A DNA stretch of 63,972 bases, the filler included, from Octopus bimaculoides (Eukaryota), in NCBI RefSeq assembly GCF_001194135.2. It is 5 parts of 5 records of this genome, joined end to end, with 100 filler letters (N's around TTAATTAATTAA, not from the genome) between each part and the next. Parts side by side here need not be neighbours in the genome. Positions count along the whole stretch, not along the records: positions 11,834 to 38,508 come from NC_069009.1; 4 more parts are not named here. One strand, written 5' to 3'. Made by a program: the position numbers and the translations under genes. Position 1 is the first letter of the stretch; every line of letters starts with the position of its first letter. The notes below the pieces were generated by a model that saw only the letters and a program-made list of their open reading frames with translations, searched no databases and had not been told where the DNA came from. Below are positions 25,178 through 37,774 of this stretch, piece by piece.

Positions 25178-25600
25178 TCGTCTCCTTCATTGGGCACGAA
25201 ACTCGGCTTGCGAAGACCTGTTGGGGCAAGCTAAAGCGAAATCATGATGGCACCTGTGCCCAGCATCGCCTTGCTGGCACTTGTGCCGGTGGCACGTGTA
25301 AAGGCATTTGAGCGAGATCGTTGCCAGTGCCGCTGGACTGGCTCCTGTGCAGGTGGCACGCAAAATACACCATTTCGAGCGTGGCCGTTGCCAGTACCGC
25401 CTGACTGGCCTTCGTGCCGGTGGCATGTAAAGCACCCACTACACTCTCGGAGTGGTTGGCATTAGGAAGGGCATGCAGCTGTAGAAACTCTGCCAAATCA
25501 GATTGGAGCCTGGTGTAGCCATCTGGTTCACCAGTCCTCAGTCAAATCGTCCAACCCATGCTAGCATGGAAAGCGGACGTTAAACGATGATGATGATGAT
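25178..25600 (+). mobile_element. Non-autonomous RTE-derived retroposon (family D) with internal GCCAGT/GGCAC repeats and (GAT)n tail
   Basis: GTGGTTGGC.TTAGGAAGGGCAT.CAGCTGTAGAAAC...CCCATGCTAGCATGGAAAGCGGACGTTAAACGATGATGAT. Related copies at about 27140-27400(-), 28085-28365(+), 29295-29590(+), 35590-35895(+), 38295-38508(+), 48625-48915(-) and 50710-50910(-). Confidence 0.75.
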
Positions 25601-26289
25601 TGTGCTCTTTAAATAAATCATATTTCTCTCTCACCAGATGGAGTACTTTTTTGTTCAATTTTCTATGACAAAACAGTACATTATGTATATATATATATAT
25701 ATACATACACACACACACACACATGCACACACACACACATACCACAGCACAAGGGACTATGGATAGTAAAATCCAGGTGAATACTCCTTTGAGCAATCTG
25801 TAGTAACACATCTTGGCTGACTAGATCGACGAGTGATAATCAGTGTGAATCATGTAGTCCATACAGTTACATTTGTGCTCCAGTTTGATATGTAAATCAC
25901 TCAGCTTGCTTCTGAAGATTTCAGATTATTGTATAAAACACAAAGAAGAATGGGGAATTATAAGTTTTTAATTCATTAATTGTAATCCATTATTTGCTTA
26001 CATGCATTTCAGAGCTAGTATTATGTAATACAATGGGATGTTAATTTTACACATTTATCCATTCTTATTTAATTGACTATAGTATTACATAGACCGAGGA
26101 AGAGGAGGAGGAGGAGGAGGACAAAACAGGTGGTGTATGGTGAGATGGAGCAAAGAAAACATTCCCAATGCAGGCCTAAAAATCATTTCATCTGTAATCT
26201 TAAAGGCATTCTTAAAAAAGATGGAATTGTGGAGGAATCTGGTTGCTGCTGGTGTTAAAGAATTTGAGAATAGAATTGCATAGTATGAG

Positions 26290-27100
26290 TTAAAATTTGC
26301 TTGTATATGTATGTTAGTGCCAGAGGCAGTGTTGATACTGAAAAGTAATATATACCCCAACTTAAACATGGAACACAACATCCACATTTAAAAAGGGATA
26401 AATATTGCCTCTTGTTGCTGATAAATATATGGATGATGTAAACCCTGTCTCTGAGGAAGGCACAAAAGAACCTCTGTTGTGTGACCAGTGTGGTTGTATC
26501 TGCTTCTCAAAAGCTGGCCTACTCAGCCACAAACATGATCATGGAGGCACCCCTGTTGACCAATGTGATATCCAGCAATACCTCTCATGCACCTTATGTA
26601 GTAGAGTGTGTGGATTGACCATTGCACTCACTCAGCATTCTAGACCACAATATCTAGATCGGTGGGTCTCAACCAAGGTCCATATAAGATTGGGTGGGGC
26701 ACATGCTGCAAAATAATAAATTAGAGATTCAAAATAGTATTTTAAGGTCCTCTGAAAAAATTTTACTTTAGATGTATGCATTGGTATGTATTGCAAGAAA
26801 CAGCTAGGTTTCTTTCTCTAACGTTTTACATAGTTCAAGCTATACAAGTTAATGTGTCAATAACAAATAGGTACTTTGAAAGAAGTTTCTATAAAACTAG
26901 TTTTTAAACATTGAATGGCTATGGAGTTGGGGGGGGGGGGACTCCAGAATAAAACAGTAATCAAAGTGGATCCATAGATGAAAAATGGTTGAGAACCCCT
27001 GATGTAAATATTCTGACTTGTAATTATTGTAGAATGACTTGTAAGCCTCTTGCAGGCTTTGGGAACCATATGAGATGTCATCAACAATGAGAAGACCAAA
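26290..27100 (+). mobile_element. RTE LINE 3' end with C2H2-like fingers, interrupted by a hAT MITE
   Basis: CDQCGCICFSKAGLLSHKHDH and CTLCSRVC.. left of the MITE; ..AGFGNHMRCHQ.. right of it. Confidence 0.6.
26660..27001. mobile_element. hAT (Charlie-type) MITE, 342 bp
   Basis: TIRs CGGTGGGTCTCAACC / GGTTGAGAACCCCTG; 8-bp TSD ATCTAGAT / ATGTAAAT (6 of 8 match), fitting the Charlie NTCTAGAN target. Confidence 0.82.
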
Positions 27101-28404
27101 TTTAATTCTTTTCTTAGAGTTAAATGGGTTCAGGAATTAGTCTTATTTGGTCATGAATCGGGTGTCTCTTTGTCTTGTCTTTGTGCGACTGTTGTAAGCA
27201 AGTGTCACCATCATGCAGGTAGTGTCCCTTGCTCCCAGTCTCCCATGAAAACATGTCCGATTGTAGGGTAATATTACCTTGTTTGGAAACAGGTGGGGGT
27301 TGGAAACAGGAAAGGCATCCAAACATAGAACTACCTTCTCAAATTTTGTTTGGCGCATGAAAAAGTGGACATTAAAATGATTATGATGATGATGATATGT
27401 GTGTAGGCACAGGCATGGCTGTGTGGTAAGAAGCTTGTTCCCAACCACATGGTCCTGGGTTCAGCCCCACTATAGGGCTGACCAAAGCCTTGTGGTTGGA
27501 TTTGGTGGACAGAAACTGAAAGAAGGTCGTCAGATATATATATTCTTTTATTCTTTTACTTGTTTCAGTCATTTGACTGTGGCCATGCTGGAGCACCACA
27601 TTGAAGGGTTTTAGTCAACCAAATCAACCTCAGGACTTATTCTTTAAGCCTAGTATTTATTGTCAGATCTTTTGCCAAGCCACTAAGTTACGGGGACATA
27701 AACACACCAACACCAGTTGTCAAGTGGTGATGGGTAGACAAACACAGACACAAAGACACACTCACGTGCACACACATGATGGGCTTCTCTCAGTTTTTGT
27801 CTGCCAAATCCTCTCATAAAGCTTTGGTTGGCCTGAGACTATAGCAGAAGACACTTGCCTATGGTGCCATACAGTGGGATTGAACCCAGAACCATGTGGT
27901 TGGGAAACAAACTTCTTACCACACCTGTATCTTATAGTTCCTTCCTTTTCCCCTGTTCATATGAAATTTCTTCCCCCAATAGAGACTACTCCATTACTCT
28001 CTCTGCCACCACCCTCTCATAACTATAAATCTGCTCCTCTCACCTTCTCTCTTCACCCCAGCAGAAGTGTGTAAAGCTGCATCTCCTGGTGAAGAGGATT
28101 GGCCTGTGAGAGTCTTGTGCCAGTGCCACATAAAAAGCACTTGTACCTGTGCCACGTAAAAACACTCATGCTGGTGGCATGTTAAAAGCACCCAGCACAC
28201 ACTGAAAAGTGGTTGGCGTTAGGAAGGGCATCCAGCTGTAGAAACAATACTAGATCAGACTAGAACCTAAAACAGCTTCCCAGCTTCCCAGCTCAGGGCA
28301 AACTGTCCAACCCATGCCAGCATGGAAAATAGATGTTGAAGGATGATGATGATGATGATGATGAAACTGGAGATAAACCTGTTGTGTGTGTGTGTGTGTG
28401 TGTA

Positions 28405-29258
28405 CAGGGTGTGATGGGTTAATTGTTGCCATTTTATATTTTTAATTTCGTACATGTGCATTGTTTGTTTTTGATTTTGTTGACTACACGATATAGTAGG
28501 GTCAGTTGGGCACTGTGAGAAAAACAACACCATGACACAATTCATTTTGCCAGAAATTTGGAAACGACATGCTGTACTGCTTGGCATTTGCACTGGAAGC
28601 TCCAATATGATCATTTCAGAGTGTTTGGGTGTCAATCTGAGGACATGTACCGAAAGTGATAAAAATCAAACATCCAGTCAACATCATGATGTTTGGAGTG
28701 ATCACTAGTAATAGCGATGTTATGCCTCCATTCATCCTTCCACACGACCTCAGGGTCAACATAGAGGCCTACATCAAGTGCCTGGAAGAGGTAGTGCTAC
28801 CCTGGCTGCTGGAAAACCTTATGTCTGGCAACAGGACTCCTCACCATGCCACACAAGCATGAAAACCCAGTCATGGCTGTCAGACAATTTCTGCGACCAC
28901 ACCATCCCTTACATATAGCTACCTAACTCCCCAGACTGCAACCCCTATGATTATTAGATGTGGGGCACAGTTGAGTGAAAAACCAACAAAACTCCTTGTA
29001 ACACCAGAGATGAACTGAAGACAAAGATTATGGCAGCTTTCATCAACTTAAACAAGGAGACCATCCAGAAGAGTTGCAGAAGATTCCGAAGTCATCTGGA
29101 GGCTTTGGTTGAAGTCAATGGCGATTTTATTGAATGAATTTACTCTTTAGTATTTCAAGATATTCTTATGTAACTTCGGTAAATATGTCTGTTAAAATGA
29201 GATGTCAGTGCTACTTTCACTTTTGTGTAATTTAGATGACAGTTTATTCACCATACCC

Positions 29259-29260
<2 letters not shown>
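28405..29260 (+). mobile_element. Internally deleted maT/DD37D-type transposon with both TIRs
   Basis: TA|CAGGGTGTGATGGGTTAATTGTTGCCAT ... ATGACAGTTTATTCACCATACCCTG|CA. Peptide remnants KHPVNIMMFGVITSNSDVMPPFI, PNSPDCNPYDY.MWG.VE and CRRFRSHLEALVEVNGDFIE*. Confidence 0.88.
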
Positions 29261-29296
<36 letters not shown>

Positions 29297-30157
29297 CGAG
29301 GTCGTTGTCAGTGCCACTGGACTGGCTCCTGTGCAGGTGGTACGTAAAATACACCATTTTGAGCATGGCCGTTGCCAGTTCTGCCTGACTGTCCTTCATG
29401 CCGGTGGTACATATAAGCACCCACTACACTCTCGGAGTGGTTGGCGTTAGGAAGGGCATCCAGCTGTAGAAACTCTGCCAAATCAGATTGGAGCCTGGTG
29501 TAGCCATCTGGTTCACCAGTCCTCAGTCAAATTGTCCAACCCATGCTAGCATGGAAAGCAGACGTTAAACGATGATGATGATGATGATATATATATATAT
29601 GCAGTATGGCTGTGTAGTAAAAGCCTGCTTCTCAACCACATGGTTCCAGATTCTGTCCCACTTCATGGCACTTTAGGCAATTGTCTTCTACTATAGCCAC
29701 AGGCTGACCAAAGCTTTGTGAGTGGATTTGGTAGACGCAAACTGAAAGATGCCTATCATGTGTGTGTGTGTGTGTGTGTTTTGTGTCTGTGTTTGTCCCC
29801 TACCACCACTTGACAACAGTGTTGGTGTATTTACATCCCTGTAACATAGCAGTTTGGCAAAAGAGACCGATAGAATAAGTAGCAGGCTTACAAAAAATAT
29901 ATAAATAAATACCAGGATTGATTCATTTGACAAAGAAATTCTTTGTGGTGACACTCAAGCATGGCCGCAGTCAAGTGACTGAAATGACTAAAAGAATAAA
30001 CAAATATATATATAAAAGAAGGGGAGTGAGGAAGGGTGAGGCTTTGGTCAATCTGGGACTAAATCAGAGACTTGCCCAAAGGGCTGCAAACTGGAACTGA
30101 AATACATGTGTTCATCCTCATTATCTGCTTTCTATATTGGCATTGGATCTACAGGTT

Positions 30158-30269
30158 TTATCTCTCTCTCTCTCTCTTTATGTCTGTATATCTCTCTCTT
30201 TGTCTCTCGTTCTTTCTCTCTCTTTCTATCTTTATTTCTCTCTCTCTGTCTCTATCTATCTTTATCTCT

Positions 30270-30317
<48 letters not shown>

Positions 30318-30685
30318 ATGTCTGTATATATCTCTCCTTGTCTCTCGTTCTTTCTCTCTCTTTCTGTCTCTCTTTTTCTATCTTTATTTCTCTCATTCTC
30401 TCTCTCTCTATTTATGTCTGTATATCTCTCTCCTTGTCTCTCGTTCTTTCTCTCTCTTTCTATCTTTATTTCTCTCTCTGTCTCTCTCTATCTATCTATT
30501 TCTATCTCTCTCATTCTCTCCCTCTCTCTCTATTTATGTCTGTATATCTCTCTCCTTGTCTCTCTCTTTCTATCTTTATTTCTCTCTCTCTCTGTCTCTC
30601 TTTATCTATCTATCTCTATCTCTCTCATTCTCTCTCTCATTCTCTTTCTCTATTTATGTATCTATCTATCTCTCTCATTCTCAAT
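30158..30685. repeat. CT-rich compound minisatellite (about 110-120-bp higher-order unit starting TTTATGTCTGTATATCTCTC, about 4 copies)
   Basis: The unit start recurs at about 30177, 30315, 30411 and 30533; explains the SL-rich ORFs. Confidence 0.85.
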
Positions 30686-30809
30686 ATATACACACCTTCA
30701 TTTATATATACAGATATGCATACACATATGTGTGTGTGTGTGTTTGTATCTGGATATAAATACTCTTATAGAAAGCTAATCTGACACTAATGGACTGATA
30801 AACAGAGCA

Positions 30810-30868
<59 letters not shown>

Positions 30869-31034
30869 GACAGACGCACAGACAGACGCACTGCTAGACA
30901 GCCAGATAAGTTGATAGGCAGTTAGGTATATAATAAGAATGGTAAAAATCATGTTATTGAGCAGGTAAAAAGTTGGTTTGACTTTGAAGAAGTGAATACC
31001 TTTCTGTCACGTGTATATCACAGCTGTAACCCGT

Positions 31035-31093
31035 TGGCAATGGTGGCGGTGGCGGTGGTGGTGGTGGTGGTGGTAGCTGATATCAACACCACT

Positions 31094-31134
<41 letters not shown>

Positions 31135-31712
31135 GGTAATGGTGACTGTTACAGTGATGATGGGGTGGCAGTGCTCGTAGTTACTAGCATTTATCAGCAT
31201 CACAGTCATCATCATCATCATCATCACTATATGCATATCTCAGCTCTAATACATTGATGGTGATGGTGGGAGGAAGTAGTATAGTAGTAGTGTTAGTAGC
31301 ATAGTGGTGGTGGTATCAACAATGTTATCATCATCATCATCGTGTATATCACAGCTATAACACAGTGGTGGTGGTAGTGGTGGTATTTAGTAGCTGTAGG
31401 TAGAATTAGTGATAGCTTGTATCAACATCACTACCACCGTCACCACGACTACTACCACCACAACAACCACCACTCTACCACTACCATCACCACTAGCACT
31501 GTCACTACCACCACCACTATCATCAACACTACCGCCAGCACTACCACAACTACTACCACCTCTGCCACCACTGCAACCACAACCTCTGCCATCACCAACA
31601 CCACCAGCACTAGCATTGTCACCACCATTACTACCACCACCACCACCACCACTACAACCATCACATCAACCATCACTAACAGCACCAGCACTATCACCAC
31701 CACCACCACATT
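31035..31712. repeat. Trinucleotide low-complexity tract (GGT/CAT/ACC/ACT)n
   Basis: Direct inspection; a similar tract lies at 33310-33630. Confidence 0.9.
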
Positions 31713-32192
31713 GGTGATAGTGAAGTATCTGCTCATTGAATTAGTATGCAAGTGGCTGAGTATTCCACAGGCAATGTTCCCTTAACATAACTAGCAGGTG
31801 GAGTAAATTAGCATGACACAAGGTGTGACAAGGCTCTCTGACTTTCAAATTACAGGTACAGTCCACCTGACAAGCTTCTACACAATTTCCATTGACCCAA
31901 TTTCACTGACATGTAGGGCCAGATTGAGGCCCTAAGCACTTACAAGATTTTGGTGCCCCCATATAAATGTAATTCAAAATATAAACAATCATAAATCATT
32001 AAATAAATTTCTATTTTGCATAATGAAACGAAACATGTGCAGGTGTGGCTGTGTAGCAAGTAACTTGCTTTCCAGTCACATGGTTCTAGGTTCAGTCCCA
32101 TTGTGCACCATTGTGGGCAAATGTCTTCTACTATAGCCTCAAGCTGACCAAAGCCTTTTGAGATGGAAACTAAAGGAAGCCCGTCATGTGTA

Positions 32193-32284
<92 letters not shown>

Positions 32285-33418
32285 AGAGACCAAAATTAAA
32301 CGATGACGATGATGATGATATATGTATGTATGTATGGTTTTTAGATCCAATAGAAATAAAATCAACAACAAAGTACTTCACCCAGTGAGAGATGAATATG
32401 AATTTAATATACAACCAAAAGAGCTATTAATAGTTTCATGCTTTTATGATACTTGAACAGGCATTTCTTTTCTTTTCTTTTTTTTGGCTTTAGTTATTTG
32501 ACTGCAAAATCTTCTATGGTTCCCCAAAGGCCATATGGAGTCTGGTCGAGAACCACTGCTTTATAACCACAACCACCCTATTGTTCTCACACTGAGAAGT
32601 TGTAGATTCTCCATAAAAAGAAAAAGGAGAACTGGTGCAGCAAGTTGTGTAGTTAAGAAGTTTGCTTTGTAATCACATGGTTTTGGGTTCTATCCCACTG
32701 CATGGAACCTTGGGCAACTGGTTTCTTCTATAGCCTTGGGCTGACCAAAAGCCTTGTGAGTGGATTTGGCAGACAGTAACTGAAAGAAGCCCATCATATA
32801 TATTCTTTTATTTTTTACTTGTTCCAGTCATTTGACTGTGGCCATACTGGAACACCACCTTAAAGGGTTTTAGTCGAATATATTGACCCCCCCAGGACTT
32901 ATTCTTTGTAAGCCTAGAACTTATTCTGTTGGTCTCTTTTGTCAAACTACTAAGTTACAGGGACAAGCGATGGCAGGGGGACAAACACAGACACACACAC
33001 ATACATACATAAATACATACATACATACATAAATACATACATATACATATATATATACACGACAGGCTTCTTTCAGTTTCTATTTACTAAATCCACTTAC
33101 ATGGCTTTGGTCTGCCTGAGGCTATAGAAGACATTTGCCCAAGGTGCAACACTATAGGACTGAACCCGTAACCATGGGGTTGAGAAGCAAAGCTTCTTAC
33201 CACACAACCACACCTGCACCTATATGTATGTANNNNNNNNNNTATAAAGAGAGAGAGAGAGAGAGAGAGAGCGAGAGCACAGCTATAACATATTGGTCTT
33301 GTTTGCTTCTGTAGTTGCAGTAGTAGATGTTGTAGTAGAGGTGGTACAAGTAGTATAAGTGGTTGTGATGGTGGTGGTGATGATGGTAGTGGTGGTGGTG
33401 GTGGTGGTGGTAGTAGTA

Positions 33419-33450
<32 letters not shown>

Positions 33451-33857
33451 GTGGTGGTTGTAGTAGTAGCTTATATCATTAACACTACTCCCAGTATCAC
33501 TGTCTTCATCATATTTTGAATCGTAGCTGTAGCAGTGGTGGTGGTGGTGGTGGTGGTGGTGGTCAGAATTAGTAGCAGTAGTGCTTTCTATCATCACCCC
33601 CACCCCCACCATCATAACTATCATCATCACCATGTGTATGTATCACATCTGTGAAACATGGTCATGGTACAAACATCAGCTCGCTATCATCATAATCAGC
33701 AATAATTCTTACATCTGTAACAGTTTAGGCATTGATTACCAACTACATATCTCTGGGTTCAGTCCTACTGTGTGGCACCTTGATCAAGTATCTTCTATTA
33801 GTGTCTTCCAAAGCTTTCTGAGTGGATTTGGCTGATGGAAACTGAAAGATGACCATC

Positions 33858-33909
<52 letters not shown>

Positions 33910-34949
33910 TTATTAATATTTCTAAGTCTCTCTAAAGGAGACTACGACAGCGGTACTGGGAATTAATAGTTATCGCCAAGCCAACATGGCAGTCCCAAAA
34001 TTATTATATTATTATAAAGCCTGGTAATTAGTCATATATTAATTAATATCGATTAATTATCAGGAGGCCAGCACATGTAAAGAATCAAAGAGATTTAGAA
34101 ATATTATCTGCAATCTCAGGGGAGTAAGGTACATTTTTAACAAATAACGTCGACCACTAACGTGGACAATTAATGCGCTAGAAATAGATCACATCTTGTG
34201 TCTATTAAGACCTAAAATGTTCTCAACATGAAATATAGCAGCATACCAAAAACGTGAGCGGGCAAGACATTTAAAATCACGGAGACGCAATGGCCCAGTG
34301 GTTAGGGCAGCGGACTCGTGGTCATAGGACCGCGGTTTCGATTCCCAGACTGGGTGTTGTGAGTGTTCATTGAGCGAAAACGCCTAAAGTTCCACGAGGC
34401 TCCGGCAGGGTATGGTGGCGAACCCTGCTGTACTCTTTCACCACAACTTTCTCTCACTCTTTCTTCCTGTTTCTGTTGTACCTGTATTTCAAAGGGCCTG
34501 CCTTGTCACACTGTGTGACGCTGAATATCCCTGAGAACTACGTTAAGGGTACACGTGTCTGTGGAGTGCTCAGCCACTTGCATGTTAATTTCACGAGCAG
34601 GCTGTTCCGTTGATCAGACCAACTGGAACCCTCGACATTGTAAGCGATGGAATGCCANNNNNNNNNNNNNNNNNNNNNNNNNNNNNNNNNNNNNNNNNNN
34701 NNNNNNNNNNNNNNNNNNNNNNNNNNNNNNNNNNNNNNNNNNNNNNNNNNNNNNNNNNNNNNNNNNNNNNNNNNNNNNNCCTGCATAGCAAGTGACCTGA
34801 TCAGAGATCATGTGCTGAAACAAAAACAATTGTAGTGATCAGGTCGCGGTCTCAATGTGACAAAAATATTTTGGCAAATTAAATTCAAATGTTGAAGTGA
34901 ATGTAGACCTGCTAGAAATAACAGCCGAATCTCCTTCAGATTACACCTC

Positions 34950-35520
34950 AGTGTCTTTAGTTAGTTAGTTCTCTCCATGCCACGAGGCACATAGGGCCAC
35001 AGCACAATATCCAAACAGCTTTGTTTTCTGCCACTGTTCTGGTCTCATTCCAGTTTCTCTTTTCCTTTTCAATGGCCATTCACCATGTGGTTTTAGTGCA
35101 CTCTGCTGCTCTTTTCCACTCAGGCCGCCATTTTAGCACCACCATACAATCACCTTTTTTCATCTTGTCTGAGGACGTGTCTGATCTTACCTCATCTGTA
35201 TCTTACCTCATCACTGATCTTGTTGATGCCCATTGTCATTTTGAACTCTTTGCAAACATGTAGTAGAGCATGTGAACTGGAAGCTGTCCATTGTTTTCCT
35301 TTCAGTTTTTGTCACTTTCCAGTTTCCACATCCATAGATTAATACTGGTCAGACCAATGTCTTGAACAGCTTCAGCTTCATTTTGCAGCCTCTAGCTTTG
35401 CTTCTCCATGCTTTTGAAAGGTTGTAGAATGCTCTTTGGGCTTAGAATATTCTGTATAAAGAGAGACAAGACAAATACTGCACTCTAACGACTTGACCAG
35501 TTCATCACCTTATCTCATTC
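34950..35520 (-). mobile_element. RTE LINE 3' fragment
   Basis: ..AFYNLSKAWRSK....KLKLFKTLV.PVLIYGC..WKVTKTERKTMDSFQ.. and ..EKEKRNWNETRTVAENKAVW..LCCGPMCL..; stops present. Confidence 0.8.
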
Positions 35521-36749
35521 ATAAGCAAGTTGTGGCTCTTTCGCCTATCTTTTGACCCACCCACCACAACAGGATTGAGATCCTAAAACCAAGGTGCCAT
35601 GTAAAAAGCATTGGTGTGGGTGCTGGTGTCACATAAAAAACACTGAGGATAGTGCCACATAAAAAGCTCTAGTGATGGTGCCACATAAAAAGCTCTAGTG
35701 ATAGTGCCACATAAAAAGCACTGGTACCATGGAAAAATCCCTGGTGACTGTGCTACTCTGTAAAGTGGTTGGCATTAGAAAGGGCATCCAGTCATAGACA
35801 CCAAAGCCAAAGGAGACTGGAACCTGATGCAACTCCTGGCCTTACCAATTCCTGTCAAGCTGTCCAGCCCATGCCAGCATAGAAAATGGACTACAGGTGG
35901 TTATTTCATTCATTGTCACCACTAAAGACAGTCAAAGGTCAGGTGGTAGTCTTTGGCTGATTTTAGTGAAGACCCATTTGTTGGAAGCATTTAGGCCAGG
36001 TCTCTGGTCAGTCTGCAGAGAACCTCCTTCCCTTCACTTCTTCGGTCTCAGAAGCCTGCAATGGGTTATGGGAGATGCGTTTTCTCTTCTGACTAAGCAG
36101 GGTAAAAACCATCATCGTAGGCACAGGTGTGGCTGTGTTGCTAAGAAACTTACTTCCCAACCACATGGCTTCAGGTTCTGTCCTAATTGGGCAAGTGTCT
36201 TCTACTATAGCCTTAGGCCAACCAAGATCTTGTGAGTGGATCTGGTAGACAGAAACTGAAAGAAACCCATTGCATATATATATATACATATCTGTGTGTG
36301 TTTGACAACCACTTGACAACCATTGTTGGTTTGTTTACATCCCCATAACTTAGCAGTTCAGCAAAAGAAGCTAATATGAATAAGTACCAGGCTTAAACAA
36401 AATAAGTTCTGGGGTCAACTCATCTGACTAAAGACTCTTCAAGGCAGTGCACCAGCATGGCCACAGTCTGTTGAATGAAACAAGTAAAATATAAAAGATC
36501 ACCATCACCCACCATCATCATCATCATTGCAACTACCATCACTTTCATCTCTCTACACCACCACCACCATCACCTCGACTCCCCCCCCCAACCCCAGTGT
36601 TCAGTTTCATCTATGTTCTTCTCCACCAATTGCATGAATAATCTCAGTTGAAGTTTTTCATTTTACTATGTTACAGACGTGAAACTCTACCGTATATATA
36701 TATTTAGGATGTAGAACACTTCCCTGAGGTAGTTACTCTTCTGTCCTAT

Positions 36750-37180
36750 TGTGAGTGAGTGAGTGAGTATGTGAATGAGTGAGTGAGTGAATGAGTGAGT
36801 GAGTGAGTGTGTGAGTGAGTGTATGCATACGTGAGTGAATGAGTGAGTGAGTATGTGAGTGAGTGAGTATGTGAGTGAGTGAGTGTGTGAGTGAGTGAGT
36901 GTGTGAGTGAGTGAATGAGTGAGTGAGTGGGTATGTGAGTGAGTGAGTGTATGCATACATGAGTATGTGAGTGAGTGTGAGTGAGTGAGTGAGTGAGTGT
37001 GTGTGAGTGAGTAAGTGAGTGAGTGAGTGCATACATGTGTGAGTGAATGAGTTAGTGAGTGAGTATGTGAGTGAGTGTGTGAGTGAGTGTGTGTGTGAGT
37101 GAGTGAGTGAGGGAAGGAGGGAGTGAATGAGTGAGGGAGGAAGGGAGTGACTGAATGAATGAGTGAGTGAGTGAGTGATA
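36750..37180. repeat. (GAGT)n-based compound microsatellite
   Basis: Direct inspection; source of the HSLT-rich ORFs. Confidence 0.93.
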
Positions 37181-37246
37181 GCGTCAAAATATATAGTGTG
37201 TGTGTATATGTGTATGTTTCAATATCTGTGGGTATTTCAATATATT

Positions 37247-37295
<49 letters not shown>

Positions 37296-37445
37296 GTGCA
37301 GGTGTGGCTGTGTGGTAAGANNNNNNNNNNGAGAGAGAGTGGGGTGCAGGTGTGGCTGTGTGGTAAGAAGCTTGCTTCCCAACCACATGGTTCTGGGTTC
37401 AGTCCCACTGCATTGGGCCAATGACTTCTACTATAGCCTCAAACT

Positions 37446-37687
37446 GAAATAACAGCCAAATCTCCTTCAGATTACACCTCAGTGTCTTTAGTTAGTTAGT
37501 TCTCTCCATGCCACGAGGCACATAGGGCCACAGCACAATATCCAAACAGCTTTGTTTTCTGCCACTGTTCTGGTCTCATTCCAGTTTCTCTTTTCCTTTT
37601 CAATGGCCATTCTCCATGTGGTTTTAGTGTACTCTGCTGCTCTTTTCCACTCAGGCCGCCATTTTAGCACCACCATACAATCACCTT
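37446..37687 (+). repeat. 242-bp local duplication of 34915-35156
   Basis: About 3 differences; includes the same SINE-tail/RTE-tail junction. Confidence 0.92.
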
Positions 37688-37700
37688 GTTAGTGGACTTA

Positions 37701-37742
<42 letters not shown>

Positions 37743-37774
37743 AAGTAAAGTTGTAAGATACAGCTCGAGTGGAA

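Noticed and set aside
26405-26716. C2H2 zinc-finger gene (a family expanded in octopus)
   Set aside because: The two loose fingers fit RTE LINE C-terminal fingers. They are interrupted by a hAT MITE and lack TGEKP linkers.
31409-31717. Proline-rich ORF that could pass for the formin FH1 domain
   Set aside because: It is on the wrong strand and downstream of the FH2 exons. It is just one frame of an (ACC/CAC/ACT)n tract with no splice signals.
35605-35730. CRISPR-like short direct repeats
   Set aside because: These are contiguous 26-bp tandem units with no unique spacers, inside a retroposon in a eukaryotic genome.
37289-37360. Apparent 38-bp tandem duplication around a 10-N gap
   Set aside because: Identical sequence on both sides of a minimal gap indicates unmerged contig overlap.
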